Notes under the pieces: model-generated
Databases searched by the model: none
What the model was told of the DNA's origin: nothing
What the model saw: the letters and a program-made list of their open reading frames with translations, nothing else
Position numbers and translations under genes: made by a program
From: Amoeboaphelidium protococcarum X5
Taxonomy: Eukaryota > Fungi > Aphelidiomycota
Length of the DNA stretch: 16,976 nt
NCBI GenBank assembly: GCA_023515725.1
Contig: JALDTO010000134.1
Location: 1 to 16,976 of the forward strand
Direction: 5' to 3'
In this document: positions 14,526 to 16,976 of the stretch, piece by piece
How the letters are laid out: each line of letters starts with the position of its first letter
Numbering within the stretch: the first letter of the stretch is position 1

Positions 14526-15083
14526 ATGAATCTTAGTGCGGATTAGATATTTACCGTTGCGGATAGAGCGTTTCGAGATTTGAGACGCGATGCTTCGTGG
14601 TTTTTCAATAGAGTTAATTGGAGTGAACCGTTCATTGTGGCTCTGATACTGTTCCATGCTACTATGCTCACTGCGGCTTTAATTTATCGCAAAAATCATA
14701 ACGTTCTATTCGCTCTTCTTACGCTCTGTGGTAGGTTGATTACTTATTCGATTGTTGTGCCGATTGTAATAATTATAATGTAGCCGCGATTGTGCTGAAT
14801 GCCCAGCAGTTGAACGAATATGGACGCGTTTATTGGTCCAAATTCAGCTCTCAGCTATACTTTGATCGAAATGGTATATTTATCTCGGTGATGCTCAGTC
14901 TGCCTCTTGTTCTTACATCACTTGTTATATCTGTAAGTTTTATTTGGTAAAGCATTCGAATATTTTTGTCTCTCATTCTATTTTATATTTGTGATGTAGA
15001 TTCTGTTTGTGATGCGTGCCAGTTCAATGTTGATCCAGGTGAAACGGAAGCAGTTGTAAAGTACTGTTAAGAAGTAATAGTGA
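14526..15083 (+). CDS. TMEM18: Transmembrane protein 18 family; join(14526..14730, 14784..14932, 15000..15083), ~145 aa
   Basis: Motifs VNWSEPFIVALILFH, LNEYGRVYWSKFSSQLYFDRNGIFISVMLSLPL and basic tail LIQVKRKQL. Two GT-AG introns restore the frame. Ends TAA TAG TGA. Confidence 0.88.
14731..14783 (+). other. TMEM18 intron 1 (53 nt, phase 1)
   Basis: GTAGGT...ATGTAG; splicing restores the TMEM18 frame. Confidence 0.8.
14933..14999 (+). other. TMEM18 intron 2 (67 nt, phase 0)
   Basis: GTAAGT...ATGTAG; splicing gives VIS|ILFVMRASSMLIQVKRKQL. Confidence 0.8.
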
Positions 15084-15790
15084 TCGCTACATGTGGAAGG
15101 AAGCTTAAATTCACGATTCAAGAGTAATGTACTGCAAGCAAAAGTTTGAATAATATATTTTTGTTTAGTAAATTTCTGAATACCGGTAGTGTGTACTTTT
15201 GTGCGCAACATAGTTTGAACCTGATCAGCCCATAAATTTATCGTTATGATAAAATTGCAGCAAACTTATCCGAAGCATTATAAGAGAAGACGCGTGCATA
15301 ATATAATATGAAATGCCTGTACGAGGTTCTTGTCCAATGCGTAATTGAAGTTGTTGAAAACATATCAGTTTCGGTATCTGACAGCAGAGAAAAACTCTCG
15401 ACCTCGCCGACTAGTTCAATATCATTCATCATATCCATCTTTCTGCAGCATAATATCAGGCTAACTACTACGCGAACAGACGATGTATGAGTGTAGGATT
15501 TACCATAAATCCCTCTGGATTAAATGGCAACTTATTGAGCGTGATTTTAATTGAAGTCTTAAATAAGCGGAACACTTAATGAATGATATGATTATTCTAA
15601 AAGCGCATTGGTGTTCAAAGGCATTACAGTTCACCTTGACAACGCCCATTTATCATGAGATTGATCTCTAACGTTGAGATTGTAAAATAACACTTACTTT
15701 GCTTCATACTCGATATATTGTTATTATCATTTGTATCAGCCAGGAAATTTGGATACCATCTTGTTTGTAATAACAAATCTATCAGATATC

Positions 15791-16976
15791 ATGTCAAAAA
15801 TTAACGCTAGCGAGTTGATAGTGTCAGCTCAGAATCCTGATCCATCTCAGCATTTGACCATGCTAACCAAGATTGGAGAGGGAAGTTATGGGTCAGTGTA
15901 TAAAGTGCTGCACAAGGCAACTTCAACTCTGGCAGCGCTCAAGATTGTCCCCGTTGACCAGGAGAATGGTGAGACGATTGAAGATCTCATGAAAGAGATT
16001 GAGGTTATGCGTGGCCTGGACTCTCGCGGTATTGTGAAATTATTTGGTAGTTGGTTTCTGGAAGAAAAGCTGTGGATGCTCATTGAGTACTGTGCTGCCG
16101 GCAGTGTGTCCGATATCATGAAGGTGTGCAAGTGTACAATGACAGAGCAAGAGATTGCATGCATCATGAAACAGGTGATGGAAGGCCTCGCCTATCTGCA
16201 TGAGCGTAAAAAGATTCACCGTGATATCAAGGCTGGTAATATTCTGATTAATGACAAGGGTGAAGCTAAGCTGGCAGATTTCGGTGTTGCTGGTCAACTC
16301 TCCGATTCTGTTGCCAAGCGTAATACTGTCATTGGTACTCCTTTCTGGATGGCTCCCGAGATCATCATGGAGGTTGGCTATAATACTGGAGCTGACATTT
16401 GGTCCATCGGTATCACGTGCATAGAAATGCATGATGGTAAACCTCCGTATCATAATATCCATCCGATGCGTGCCATCTTCATTATACCGTCCAAGCCGCC
16501 GGCAACATTAGAGAAACCATAATCTGTTAGTGCTGCATTCAACAAATTCATTGCAAGGTGTCTGACAAAAAGTCCAGATTAAAGACCGACAGCTTTGGAA
16601 CTGCTGAAAGATCCTTTCATTGTAAATGCGCCATCCGTGAATAGCGGAGCTTTGACTGAGAAAGTTGCAAGAGCGGTTGAACTGATATCGCAGGGTAAAC
16701 TGAGCAGCGATAGTGATGATGAGGAGGCTGGCGATGACAATGATGATGAAGACTCGAATAATGATAAATCAAGAAAAAGTAGCAATGTGTCCGACAATAT
16801 GACAATGATGTCGACAAAGAGTGGCAAGAGCTCAGCCGTAGATGATGGCACTGTACGATCAGTAACACATGACTTCAACACCATGTTGGTCAGTGGTACT
16901 TGTGAGAGTGTACTGAAACGGATCGTCTAAGGTTGAAAAATGATCAAAAATATCATGATTATGAGTGATAGATCTC
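15791..16976 (+). CDS. MST1/2 (Hippo/Krs)-like Ste20-family kinase, probably 3'-partial
   Basis: ATG 15791. Motifs KIGEGSYGSVYK, HRDIKAGNIL, DFGVAGQL, KRNTVIGTPFWMAPE, HPMRAIFIIPSKPP. Reads through TAA 16520 and TAA 16580 into ORF 16595..16930 (acidic linker with TM motifs). It either splices at 16889 or ends at TGA 16934-16936. Confidence 0.85.
16889..16971 (+). other. Possible phase-0 intron in the MST-like kinase
   Basis: GTCAGT directly after NTML and TAG at 16969-16971. Splicing would skip TGA 16934 and continue as NTML|I. Only 5 nt of the next exon are visible. Confidence 0.45.

Noticed and set aside
15100-15790. Small ORFs 15244..15438 (-), 15308..15490 (+) and 14978..15211 (-)
   Set aside because: No recognisable domain, and the splice models I tried under table 6 hit TGA. 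Treated as intergenic/UTR, although a small gene cannot be excluded.
15731-15790. ORF-track upstream starts for the MST-like kinase (15731), COPB1 (14231) and PAK (7917)
   Set aside because: The extensions are AT-rich and UTR-like, and family similarity begins after ATG 15791, 14156 and 7734 respectively.

Overview
Gene-dense eukaryotic nuclear DNA, most likely from a fungal or near-fungal (holomycotan) lineage. The ORF track looks fragmented only because it uses the standard code. Reading TAA and TAG as Gln and TGA as the only stop (translation table 6) joins the fragments into eight intact, frameshift-free genes: eIF2A (-), a WDR20/CreC-like WD40 protein (+), a Cla4-type PH-CRIB PAK kinase (-, 1 intron), an orphan Gln-rich coiled-coil protein (-), NOP2 (-), coatomer beta/COPB1 (-), TMEM18 (+, 2 introns) and an MST/Hippo-type Ste20 kinase (+, probably running off the window). 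In-frame TAA/TAG fall on family-conserved Gln positions, and all seven complete genes end in TGA. This code in a fungus-related genome is known from the aphelid Amoeboaphelidium protococcarum, which is my best guess for the source but cannot be confirmed from the sequence alone. The first ~225 bp are repeat-rich and may be the end of a mobile element.
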